Assembly (NCBI GenBank): GCA_963775255.1
Contig: CAVZIA010000018.1
Coordinates: forward strand, 20,607-84,606
DNA: 64,000 nt
Direction of reading: 5' to 3'
Source of the DNA: an uncultured Thermoleophilia bacterium
GTDB taxonomy: Bacteria > Actinomycetota > Thermoleophilia > UBA2241
Position 1 is the first letter of the stretch; each line of letters begins with the position of its first letter. The notes beneath the pieces were generated by a model, which was given only the letters and a program-made list of their open reading frames with translations, searched no databases and had not been told where the DNA came from. A program made the position numbers and the translations under genes. This document shows, piece after piece, positions 44,964 through 52,506 of this stretch.

Positions 44964-45707
44964 ATGCTCTACGAACTGACAGAAGTGACCAAGAACTACC
45001 GGCAGCGGCGCAAGCAGGTGGACGCCTTGGCCGGCGTGGGTCTGGCCATCGACGAGGGCGAGTTCCTCGCCATCCAGGGGTCGACAGGCTCCGGCAAGAC
45101 CACGTTGCTGCAGATGCTGGGCGCCATGGACCGGCCCTCGAGCGGCAAGCTCGAGTTCGAGGGTCGCGACCTGGCGCGTATGGGGGAGAGGGACCTCTCG
45201 GAGCTGCGGAGCCACTTCTTCGGGTTCATCTTCCAGGGGTTCAATCTCATCCCCACGCTGACCGCCCAGGAGAACGTGGAGACCGCGCTCGTGCCCTGGC
45301 GCACGCCCGCCGACGAGCGGAAGCGCCGGGCCACGGAGGCCCTGGCCGGCGTCGGCCTCGCCGACCGCACCCGGCACATCCCCGCCGAGATGAGCGGCGG
45401 CGAGCAGCAGCGTGTGGCCATCGCGCGGGCCCTCGTTCGCGAGCCCCGCGTGATCCTCGCCGACGAGCCCACCGGCAACCTCGACGAGCGCACGCGCGAT
45501 GACATCATCGGCCTCCTCGAGCAACTCTGGCGCGAGCAGGGGCAGACGCTCATCGTCGTGACCCACGACACGTGGGTGGCCAGCCGGGCCTCGCGGCGCA
45601 TCTGGCTCGACCGCGGGCTGCTCGACGCCGAGCCCGCCCCCCGCAGGGTCCCCGAGGAGTCTGTCAGGGCCGCCGAGCCGGCGCTCGCCGCGGCCGCCGC
45701 CGTGTGA
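44964..45707 (+). CDS. ABC transporter ATP-binding protein (MacB/LolD-like)
   Basis: Walker A GSTGSGKTT, signature MSGGEQQR and Walker B ILADEPTGNLD. Confidence 0.95.
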   Translation: MLYELTEVTKNYRQRRKQVDALAGVGLAIDEGEFLAIQGSTGSGKTTLLQMLGAMDRPSSGKLEFEGRDLARMGERDLSELRSHFFGFIFQGFNLIPTLTAQENVETALVPWRTPADERKRRATEALAGVGLADRTRHIPAEMSGGEQQRVAIARALVREPRVILADEPTGNLDERTRDDIIGLLEQLWREQGQTLIVVTHDTWVASRASRRIWLDRGLLDAEPAPRRVPEESVRAAEPALAAAAAV

Positions 45708-45955
45708 CACCCTCCCCGGTGGGCTACGCCTTCGAGATCCTCGCCCACTCTCGGTGGGAAGCCGCGGTGGCCGTCTTCGAGTTCATCGGCTTCTCGTTCC
45801 GGGTCAGCCGCCCCGACCCGTCGCATGCCGAGCAGGTCGGGTAGCGCATCGTGCCGTTCGACACGCTGGCGAGCGTGGCGTGGTTCCTCATCAGGCCGGC
45901 GCGCACCGAGCTGCGCAAGCGCCGCGAGGAGAAGTACCCGACTGAGCGGGCGCCG

Positions 45956-46642
45956 TCAGTACATCTGCACCGGCGGCGACGCCAGGCACAGCGCCAGCTG
46001 CACCTGCCCGTCGCCGATCACCGGCGGCCCGTGGGTCACGAGGACGTGCTCGAGCGGCCGTTCGGCCAGCGGGGCGAGCGTCGGCGCGAAGACGTCCCTG
46101 TACCAGTCAGCGCCGGTCCCGCTGCTCAGGTACCAGAAGCGGAGGCCGCCCTCCGCGCCGACGACGGCGTCGCCGAACACGGCGGCGCGCAGCGAGGGCA
46201 CGTACAGCGGGTGCTCGCTGCGTCTCGGGCGGCCGATGGTGTAGGCCTCGGCCGCCCCGCCGGCGATGGGCGCCGCCGTGCCGGCGGCGCCCATCGGCAC
46301 CACCTCGAGCGGCGTCTCCGGCCGCAGCCGCTTGCGTACGAGGGCGTGCCCCCAGATGCGGGTGGGGCGCTCCGGCGCGAAGCGCTCGTAGAGCGTCTCC
46401 GCACTCCGCGTGTGGTACGGGACGGTGATGAGCAGTTCCACCCGGGTCGCCGCGGCGGCCAGGAGCTCGAGCTCGGCGAGCAGCGGATCGAGGCGCTGGT
46501 CATCGCCGGCGGGGAGCAGAGGGTCGACGAGGAGCAGCGTTCCGCCGGCCACCAGTGCGTAGGACTCGACCTCTTCGGTCTTCGGCCGCCACTCCGGGTG
46601 CGGGGCCGTCCAGCGGTGGATTCCCGGCGTCAACTCTTCCAT
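45956..46642 (-). CDS. MBL-fold-like protein lacking the canonical HxHxDH motif
   Basis: Layout resembles metallo-beta-lactamase-fold proteins (LLLVDPLLP...ELLITVPYHTRS...VLVTHG). The metal motif is degenerate. Confidence 0.5.
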   Translation of the reverse strand: MEELTPGIHRWTAPHPEWRPKTEEVESYALVAGGTLLLVDPLLPAGDDQRLDPLLAELELLAAAATRVELLITVPYHTRSAETLYERFAPERPTRIWGHALVRKRLRPETPLEVVPMGAAGTAAPIAGGAAEAYTIGRPRRSEHPLYVPSLRAAVFGDAVVGAEGGLRFWYLSSGTGADWYRDVFAPTLAPLAERPLEHVLVTHGPPVIGDGQVQLALCLASPPVQMY

Positions 46643-46765
46643 GATCGGCCTCCTGTGATCGTCCCGCCGTTATCTGGGTAGTGTCCGCCTGCGGGGCGCG
46701 GCAATCCTCGCGCCGTGGCCGTAGGACAGGGCCGCGGTCGCCCTCTCGTGGACGGAGGTGTGCTG

Positions 46766-47302
46766 GTGAGCTCTGGTGTCGCTGGATCCAGCCCGGGACC
46801 GCTGGTGCTCGTCTTCATGGGCGTCTCAGGCTGCGGCAAGTCCACGGCGGCCGCTCTGCTTGCCGGCCGGCTGGGCTGGCCGTTCGAGGAGGGCGACGCC
46901 CTCCACCCGCGGGCAAACGTGGACAAGATGCGCGCGGGCCGGCCGCTCACCGACGCCGACCGCCTGCCGTGGCTGGAGCGGGTCGCCGATTGGATCGACG
47001 CGCGGCTCGACGCCGGGGAGAACGGGATCATCTCCTGCTCGGCGCTCAAGCGCGCCTACCGAGACCTGCTCGACCGGCGGCGCCGCGGCGTCATCTTCGT
47101 CTACCTGGCCGGCAACAGGGACACGATCTACGAGCGCATCACCACGCGCGGCGGGCACTTCATGCCGCCGAGCCTCCTCGACAGCCAGTTCGCCGCCCTC
47201 GAAGAACCGGGGCCCGACGAGCCGGCGATCCGCGTGGAGATCTGCCTGCCGCCGCAACGTGTCGCCCAGACGGTCGTCGACGAGCTGGGCCTGAAGGGCT
47301 GA
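46766..47302 (+). CDS. gntK: gluconokinase
   Basis: P-loop MGVSGCGKST followed by family motifs (GDALHP..N..KM..G.PL.D.DR.PWL, SCSALKR.YRD). GTG 46766 lies 7 nt after GGAGG. The ORF-track start is 46715. Confidence 0.85.
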   Translation: MSSGVAGSSPGPLVLVFMGVSGCGKSTAAALLAGRLGWPFEEGDALHPRANVDKMRAGRPLTDADRLPWLERVADWIDARLDAGENGIISCSALKRAYRDLLDRRRRGVIFVYLAGNRDTIYERITTRGGHFMPPSLLDSQFAALEEPGPDEPAIRVEICLPPQRVAQTVVDELGLKG

Positions 47303-47308
47303 GGGGCG

Positions 47309-48217
47309 ATGTCGCCGGCCGGCCGCATGCAGCTCCCGGGCCCCCGGATCCCCTGCGATCCGGAGATCGCCGTCGCCGCGCCGGCTGAACTCGGCGAAGG
47401 GCCGCGCTGGGATGCGGCCACCGAGACCCTGCTCTGGGTGGACATCCTGGGGCGGGCGGTCCACCGGTTCGACCCGGCCATCGGCCGCGATGGTGTGGTG
47501 CCCGCCCCCGCCCTGGTCGGCTTCGCGCTGCCGCGCGCGCGGGGCGGCGTGGTGCTCGGCCTGCCGGACGGGCTCTGGACCCTGGATGACGGCGCAGTCG
47601 AGCCCCTGCTGGCGATAGAGGCGGACGTGCCCGGCAACCGGCTCAACGACGGCTCCTGCGACCCGCGGGGCAGGCTCTGGGCGGGCACCATGGCGCTCGA
47701 CGAACGGTCCCCGACGGGGGCGCTCTACCGCGTGGGCACTGACCTCGAGCTCGCCCGGCCGCTCGCCGGGACGACCATCTCCAACGGACTCGGTTGGAGC
47801 CCAGCAGGCGACCGCTTCTATTTCATCGACACCCCCGCGCGGCGCGTGGACGTGTTCGACTTCGACGCGGTCACGGGAGCTGTCGAGCATCGCCGCCCGC
47901 TGGCGGCCGTCGACGTCGAGGGCGCCGGCCCCGATGGCCTGACCGTCGACGCCGAGGGCTGCGTCTGGGTGGCGCTCCACGGCGGCTGGGGCCTGCTGCG
48001 CTACTCGCCGGACGGAGAGCTGATCGGGCACGTCGAGCTGCCGGTGGCCAAGGTGACCAGTTGCTGTTTCGGCGGCGCCGGCCTGCGAGACCTGTACGTG
48101 ACGACGCGCCGCCAGAGCCTGAGCGACGCCGAGCTGACTGACCAGCCCCTCGCCGGGGCGTTGTTCCGCCTCGACCCCGGCGTCGCCGGACAGCCGACCC
48201 ACGCGTTCGGCGGCTGA
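47309..48217 (+). CDS. SMP-30/gluconolactonase/LRE-family protein
   Basis: LGEGPRWD, NRLNDGSCDPRGRLWAGT and PDGLTVDAEGCVWVA are beta-propeller lactonase motifs. Confidence 0.85.
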   Translation: MSPAGRMQLPGPRIPCDPEIAVAAPAELGEGPRWDAATETLLWVDILGRAVHRFDPAIGRDGVVPAPALVGFALPRARGGVVLGLPDGLWTLDDGAVEPLLAIEADVPGNRLNDGSCDPRGRLWAGTMALDERSPTGALYRVGTDLELARPLAGTTISNGLGWSPAGDRFYFIDTPARRVDVFDFDAVTGAVEHRRPLAAVDVEGAGPDGLTVDAEGCVWVALHGGWGLLRYSPDGELIGHVELPVAKVTSCCFGGAGLRDLYVTTRRQSLSDAELTDQPLAGALFRLDPGVAGQPTHAFGG

Positions 48218-48255
48218 GCCAACAGCCATCGCGGCCTGAAGATGAGGAGCAGACG

Positions 48256-49023
48256 ATGAGACTGACGGGCAAGACCGCCCTCGTGACCGGAAGCTCGAGC
48301 GGTATCGGCCGGGCGATCGCCCTGCGGTTCGCGCGCGAGGGGGCAGACGTGGCGGTGCACTACAACCGTGAGGCGGACGAGGCGCGCGCCGCCGCGGCGG
48401 AGATCGAAGCGCTCGGACGCCGCGCCGTCGCGCTCGGTGCGAACGTGGGCGACGTGAAGGAGGCGCAGGGCCTCGTGGCCGGCGCGGTCGAGGCCCTGGG
48501 CCACCTCGACATCCTCGTCAACAATGCTGGCGTGGAGATACGTGAACCGTTTCTTGACGTGAGCGAGGCACACTACGACCTCGTGCTCGACGTGAACCTC
48601 AAGGGAGCGTTCTTCACCGCCCAGGCGGCCGTGCGGCACATGGTGGAGCGCGGCGAGGGCGGCCGCATCGTCAATGTATCGTCGATCCACGAGGATGTGG
48701 CCTTCCTGCACTACGCGCCGTACACCGCGTCCAAGGGCGGCATGCGCATGGTCACCCGCACCATCTGCCAGGAGCTTGCGCCGCACGGGATCACCGTCAA
48801 CGACATCGCCCCGGGTGCGGTCGCGACGCCGATCAACAAGCGCACCCTCGGCGACGGGGACCTGCTGCACGAACTGCAGGGAGTCATACCGGCCGGAAGG
48901 CTGGGCGAGCCCGACGAGATCGCCGGGCTCGCCGTCTTTCTCGCCTCCGACGAGGCCGCGTACATCACCGGCTCCACGTACGTGATCGACGGCGGCATGA
49001 CCCACTTCAACAGGGGGCTCTGA
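48256..49023 (+). CDS. SDR-family oxidoreductase, glucose 1-dehydrogenase-like
   Basis: TGSSSGIG, NNAG, YTASKGG and PGAVATPIN. RBS GAGGAG. Confidence 0.85.
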   Translation: MRLTGKTALVTGSSSGIGRAIALRFAREGADVAVHYNREADEARAAAAEIEALGRRAVALGANVGDVKEAQGLVAGAVEALGHLDILVNNAGVEIREPFLDVSEAHYDLVLDVNLKGAFFTAQAAVRHMVERGEGGRIVNVSSIHEDVAFLHYAPYTASKGGMRMVTRTICQELAPHGITVNDIAPGAVATPINKRTLGDGDLLHELQGVIPAGRLGEPDEIAGLAVFLASDEAAYITGSTYVIDGGMTHFNRGL

Positions 49024-49024
49024 G

Positions 49025-49402
49025 ATGAGCGATCCGACGAGTGAGTTCTTCACGGGCCTGGCGCGGAGGGGCCGTGAGCCTATGCTCCAGCGTACCTCAG
49101 GCACGATCCGTTTCGACCTCGCCGACGGCGACGAGGTGGAGCACTGGTACGTCGGGATCCGCAAGGGAGCTCTGACCGTCACGCACGACGAGGGTGCCGC
49201 CGACTGCGTCGTGCACGCCGAGAAGGAGCTTTTCGACCGGCTGGCGAGCGGCACCGCCAACGCCATGGCCGCGGCCCTGCGCGGCGTCGTCGAGCCGCAG
49301 GGCGACCTGCAACTGGTGGTCCAGTTCCAGCGCCTGTTCCCGGGGCCGCCGCGCGGATGCGACGACCGCGAAGAGGCCGGCTACGCGAGGGGGGAGTCAT
49401 GA
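49025..49402 (+). CDS. SCP2 sterol-carrier-like domain protein
   Basis: 125 aa. The pattern TIRFDL...WYVGIRKGALTV...ADCVVHAEKELFDRLASG..NAMAAALRG is typical of actinobacterial SCP2 proteins. Confidence 0.7.
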   Translation: MSDPTSEFFTGLARRGREPMLQRTSGTIRFDLADGDEVEHWYVGIRKGALTVTHDEGAADCVVHAEKELFDRLASGTANAMAAALRGVVEPQGDLQLVVQFQRLFPGPPRGCDDREEAGYARGES

Positions 49403-51540
49403 GCGACGGGCTCATCAAGATCCTCGAGGGCAACACCTTCGTCGTCAGCGACGACCGCGGAGACATCGAAGCGTCGATGACCGACCCCACGGGGCTGTTC
49501 TCCTTCGACACGCGCTTCCTCTCGCGCTGGGTGCTCACCGTCGACGGCGAGCGGCTCAACGCGCTGTCCACCGACGATCTGCAGTACTTCGAGACCCGGT
49601 TCTTCCTGGTGCCGGGCACCGGGACGGTCTACATCGACTCCAAGCTGTCGGTGATCCGCCAGCGCGCCGTGGGCGACGGGTTCCACGAGGAGTTGACCAT
49701 CCTGAACCACGACGACAAGCCCGTCGACCTCGAGGTGCGCGTCGAGGCCGCCAGTGACTTCGCCGACCTCTTCGAGGTCAAAGACGCGTTGCAGAAGAAG
49801 GGCGCCTACTACAAGCGCGTGGAGGACGAGAGGCTCGTGCTCGGGTACGAACGCGAGACCTTCAAGCGCGAGACGTGGGTCGAGGCCACGGAGCCGTGCC
49901 GCGTGGACGAGGGGAGTCTCACGTTCAACGTGCACGTCGAGGCCCACGGCGAATGGACCACGGACCTGCACGTGGTGACGGCAGATGCCGGCTGGGGCGA
50001 ACTGCGCTTCAGACCCAAGTACGAGCGGCATGCCAAGCAGGCGCGGCCGCACCTCGAACGCAGCCTCGAGCGCTGGCTGGACGAGGCGCCGGCCCTCGAG
50101 TCCGACTGGGACTGGCTGAAGATGATCTACCGGCGCAGCCTGGTCGACCTCGCGGCGCTGCGGTTCTCGACGCGCACGTCCGGTGGCCGGAGCCTGCCCG
50201 CGGCCGGCCTGCCCTGGTTCATGACCATGTTCGGCCGCGACAGCATCTTCACCAGCCTGCAAGCCCTGCCGTTCACGTCCGAGCTTGCGGCCACCACGCT
50301 GCGCGAGCTCGGGGCGCGTCAGGGAAGCCGTCTGGACGACTTCCGCGACGAGGACCCGGGGCGGATCCTGCACGAGATGCGGTACGGCGAGATGACGGCG
50401 TTCGAGGAACGCCCGCACTCGCCGTACTACGGCTCGGTGGACGCGACGCCGCTGTTCGTCGTGCTGCTCGACGAGTACGAGCTCTGGACCGGCGACACCA
50501 GGCTGGTCCGGGACCTCGAGTACGAGGCCCGCGCGGCCCTGAACTGGATCGACGAGTACGCGGACCTGCGGCACAATGGCTATATCTGGTACCAGCGGCG
50601 CAACGAGGTCAGCGGGCTGGAGAACCAGTGCTGGAAGGACTCCTGGGACTCCATCTCCTTCAGCGACGGCCGCCTGCCTGGGTTCCCGCGCGCCACCTGC
50701 GAGCTGCAGGGCTACGCCTACGACGCCAAGGTCCGCGGCGCGCGGCTCGCGCGCCTGGTCTGGAAGGACCCGGCCTTCGCCGACAAGCTGGAGGCCGAGG
50801 CCGCCGACCTCAAGCGGCGGTTCAACCGCGACTACTGGGTCGCCGAGAAGGGCTACTACGCGATCGCGCTCGACACCGAGGGCAAGCAGGTGGACGCGCT
50901 GGCCTCCAACATCGGTCATCTCCTGTGGAGCGGGATCGTCGACAAGAGCAAGGCCCGCTCCGTGGCCAGTCACCTGATGAGCTCGCGCCTGTACTCTGGG
51001 TGGGGCGTGCGCACGCTCGCGGAAGGTGAAGGGCGCTACAACCCGATCGGCTACCACGTCGGGACGGTGTGGCCGTTCGACAACTCGATCATCGCGTGGG
51101 GTCTGCGCCGCTATGGGTTCAGGCAGGAGGCGGCGCGCATTGCCGCAGGCATACTCGACGCCGCCAACTTCTTCGCCGGGCGGCTGCCCGAAGCGTTCGG
51201 CGGCTACTCGCGCGAGGTCACCAAGTACCCGGTGCAGTACCCGACGTCGTGCAGTCCGCAGGCGTGGTCCACAGGCGCTCCGCTGCTGCTGCTGCGCACG
51301 ATGCTCGGGCTCGAGCCCATCGGCGACCACCTGATCGTCGATCCGGCGCTGCCGCAGGGCATCGGGCGACTGGAACTGCTGGACATCCCCGGGCGCTGGG
51401 GCCACGTGGACGCGTTCGGCCGCGGCCGCATGGATGTCGCGGCCAAGCCGCGGCGGCGTCGGGACCAGCAGCTTGGTGTGGTCAAGCAGGAGGCGCGTGG
51501 CGGGCGCGGCAACGGCCGGGCGAAGCGCCCGAAGACGTAA
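49399..51540 (+). CDS. glycogen-debranching-enzyme-type protein (GDE N-terminal domain + amylo-alpha-1,6-glucosidase domain)
   Basis: IKILEGNTFVVSD...GLFSFDTRFLS at the N-terminus. The (alpha/alpha)6 domain carries GLPWFMTMFGRDS, HEMRYGE and CWKDSWD. ATG overlaps the SCP2 stop (ATGA). Confidence 0.9.
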   Translation: MSDGLIKILEGNTFVVSDDRGDIEASMTDPTGLFSFDTRFLSRWVLTVDGERLNALSTDDLQYFETRFFLVPGTGTVYIDSKLSVIRQRAVGDGFHEELTILNHDDKPVDLEVRVEAASDFADLFEVKDALQKKGAYYKRVEDERLVLGYERETFKRETWVEATEPCRVDEGSLTFNVHVEAHGEWTTDLHVVTADAGWGELRFRPKYERHAKQARPHLERSLERWLDEAPALESDWDWLKMIYRRSLVDLAALRFSTRTSGGRSLPAAGLPWFMTMFGRDSIFTSLQALPFTSELAATTLRELGARQGSRLDDFRDEDPGRILHEMRYGEMTAFEERPHSPYYGSVDATPLFVVLLDEYELWTGDTRLVRDLEYEARAALNWIDEYADLRHNGYIWYQRRNEVSGLENQCWKDSWDSISFSDGRLPGFPRATCELQGYAYDAKVRGARLARLVWKDPAFADKLEAEAADLKRRFNRDYWVAEKGYYAIALDTEGKQVDALASNIGHLLWSGIVDKSKARSVASHLMSSRLYSGWGVRTLAEGEGRYNPIGYHVGTVWPFDNSIIAWGLRRYGFRQEAARIAAGILDAANFFAGRLPEAFGGYSREVTKYPVQYPTSCSPQAWSTGAPLLLLRTMLGLEPIGDHLIVDPALPQGIGRLELLDIPGRWGHVDAFGRGRMDVAAKPRRRRDQQLGVVKQEARGGRGNGRAKRPKT

Positions 51541-51553
51541 CGGATCGCCGTCT

Positions 51554-51604
51554 CGGGCGGCGGCGCGGCGGCGAGACCCTGCGGCCCCGCCGCCGCGCCG
51601 CCCG
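51554..51604. terminator. GC-rich imperfect hairpin between the convergent GDE-type and PII genes
   Basis: cgggcggcg / cgccgcccg outer stem with further GC pairs. Related in sequence to the element at 52457-52506. Confidence 0.4.
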
Positions 51605-51605
51605 G

Positions 51606-51948
51606 TCAGCCGATAGCGACCGACCCGGTCTCTCCGGTGCGGATGCACACGCACTGCTCCAGCCCGAGCACGAAGATCTTGCCGTCGCCGATGTTGCCCG
51701 TCTTGGCGACGCGGGCGATGGTCGTGATGGCGGCGGAGAGGAAGTCGTCGTTGACGGCGATCTCGAGCTTGACCTTGCGCAGCAGGTTGCCGGGCTCCAC
51801 GTGGCTGCGGTAGATCTCGGCCACGCCCTTTCTGCCTGCCGCGCCCCATCACGTCGGACGTGGTGACGAGGTGGATGCCCTCTTCGTCCAGCGCCTCGAG
51901 CACGTCTTCGATCTTGTCGGGCTGGATGATCGCGATCACGTATTTCAT
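51606..51948 (-). pseudogene. PII (GlnB/GlnK-family) nitrogen regulator gene disrupted by a +1 frameshift in the T-loop region
   Basis: ATG 51948 (RBS GAGGAG) gives MKYVIAIIQPDKIEDVLEALDEEGIHLVTTSDVMGRGRQKG. The rest (VAEIYRSHVEPGNLLRKVKLEIAV...GDGKIFV...IRTGE) is in another frame. Total length is 343 nt, and there is one extra nt near 51825. Confidence 0.75.
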
Positions 51949-51958
51949 CTCTGGCTCC

Positions 51959-52218
51959 TCACAGGTGCAGGGAGTCGGGGTAGGCCGCGACGCCCATCTC
52001 GGGCACGTCGCCGGCCAGCTCGGCCGTGGTGGGCTCGCCGGCGACCTTGGCGGCCACGTCTGCCGCGGTCCCGGTGGCCGAGCCCGACGGGTCGCGGCGA
52101 AGGCGAAGCCGGCAAAGAGGAAGGTCGACGCGACCGCGAGCAGCAGTGCTGCCACGGTCGCGCGCTTGAACGAGGGGCGGGTCCGGAGTCCCCGCGGCTG
52201 TACTAGTGGTGCGGCCAC
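51959..52218 (-). pseudogene. small signal-peptide ORF with a -1 frame break
   Basis: GTG 52218 opens a Sec-like signal peptide (RTRPSFKRATVAALLLAVASTFLFAGFAFAA). High-GC3 coding continues only in another frame (DPSGSATGTAADVAAKVAGEPTTAELAGDVPEMGVAAYPDSLHL*). Length is 260 nt. Confidence 0.3.
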
Positions 52219-52456
52219 AATCTGTGTGCGGACCCCGGCCTGGCGCTCATCATAGTAGTCATCCTTTGGGCCATGGGTTCGTGGTGCGGTGTGCGTGGTG
52301 GGTGGTGCCGTCCGGAGGGCCTCCCTTCCGTGTCGCGGTTCCCCCTGACGCAAGAAGCTCCCCCGGCCGTCGTGGCCTGGGGAGCGCCTTCGCTCTGGGT
52401 ACCGGCACCGCGTCGGGCCGATTCGGCAGGTGAACACGTTGCCAAGACGGAGCGCA

Positions 52457-52506
52457 ACGGGCGGGGGGAGAGGCGGCGGCGGAGCCCTCGCGGCCCCGCC
52501 GCCCGT
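52457..52506 (-). terminator. GC-rich hairpin directly after the ABC-2 permease stop
   Basis: acgggcgg(g)gggg / cccc(g)ccgcccgt stem. Shares GGGCGGCG...GGGGCCGC.AGGG..CTC.GCCGCCGC with the element at 51554-51604. Confidence 0.4.

Noticed and set aside
45851-46681. 276-aa plus-strand ORF overlapping the MBL-like gene
   Set aside because: Beyond the first ~35 codons it is antisense to a credible minus-strand gene and becomes Arg-rich low complexity. There is no stop before 46681.
51959-52218. Interpretation of the signal-peptide ORF as the 5' remnant of a deleted amtB
   Set aside because: Position before a PII gene makes this tempting. However, the sequence after the signal peptide shows none of the AmtB N-terminal helix motifs I know (for example ...AW.L.S.ALV..MTPG...). 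It is left as an unexplained small ORF.
52430-52447. Sigma-54-like TGGCA element (minus strand TTGGCAACGTGTTCAC) upstream of the PII remnant
   Set aside because: The -12 element reads TTCA/TCAC instead of TTGC, and the spacing does not fit TGGCAC-N5-TTGC.
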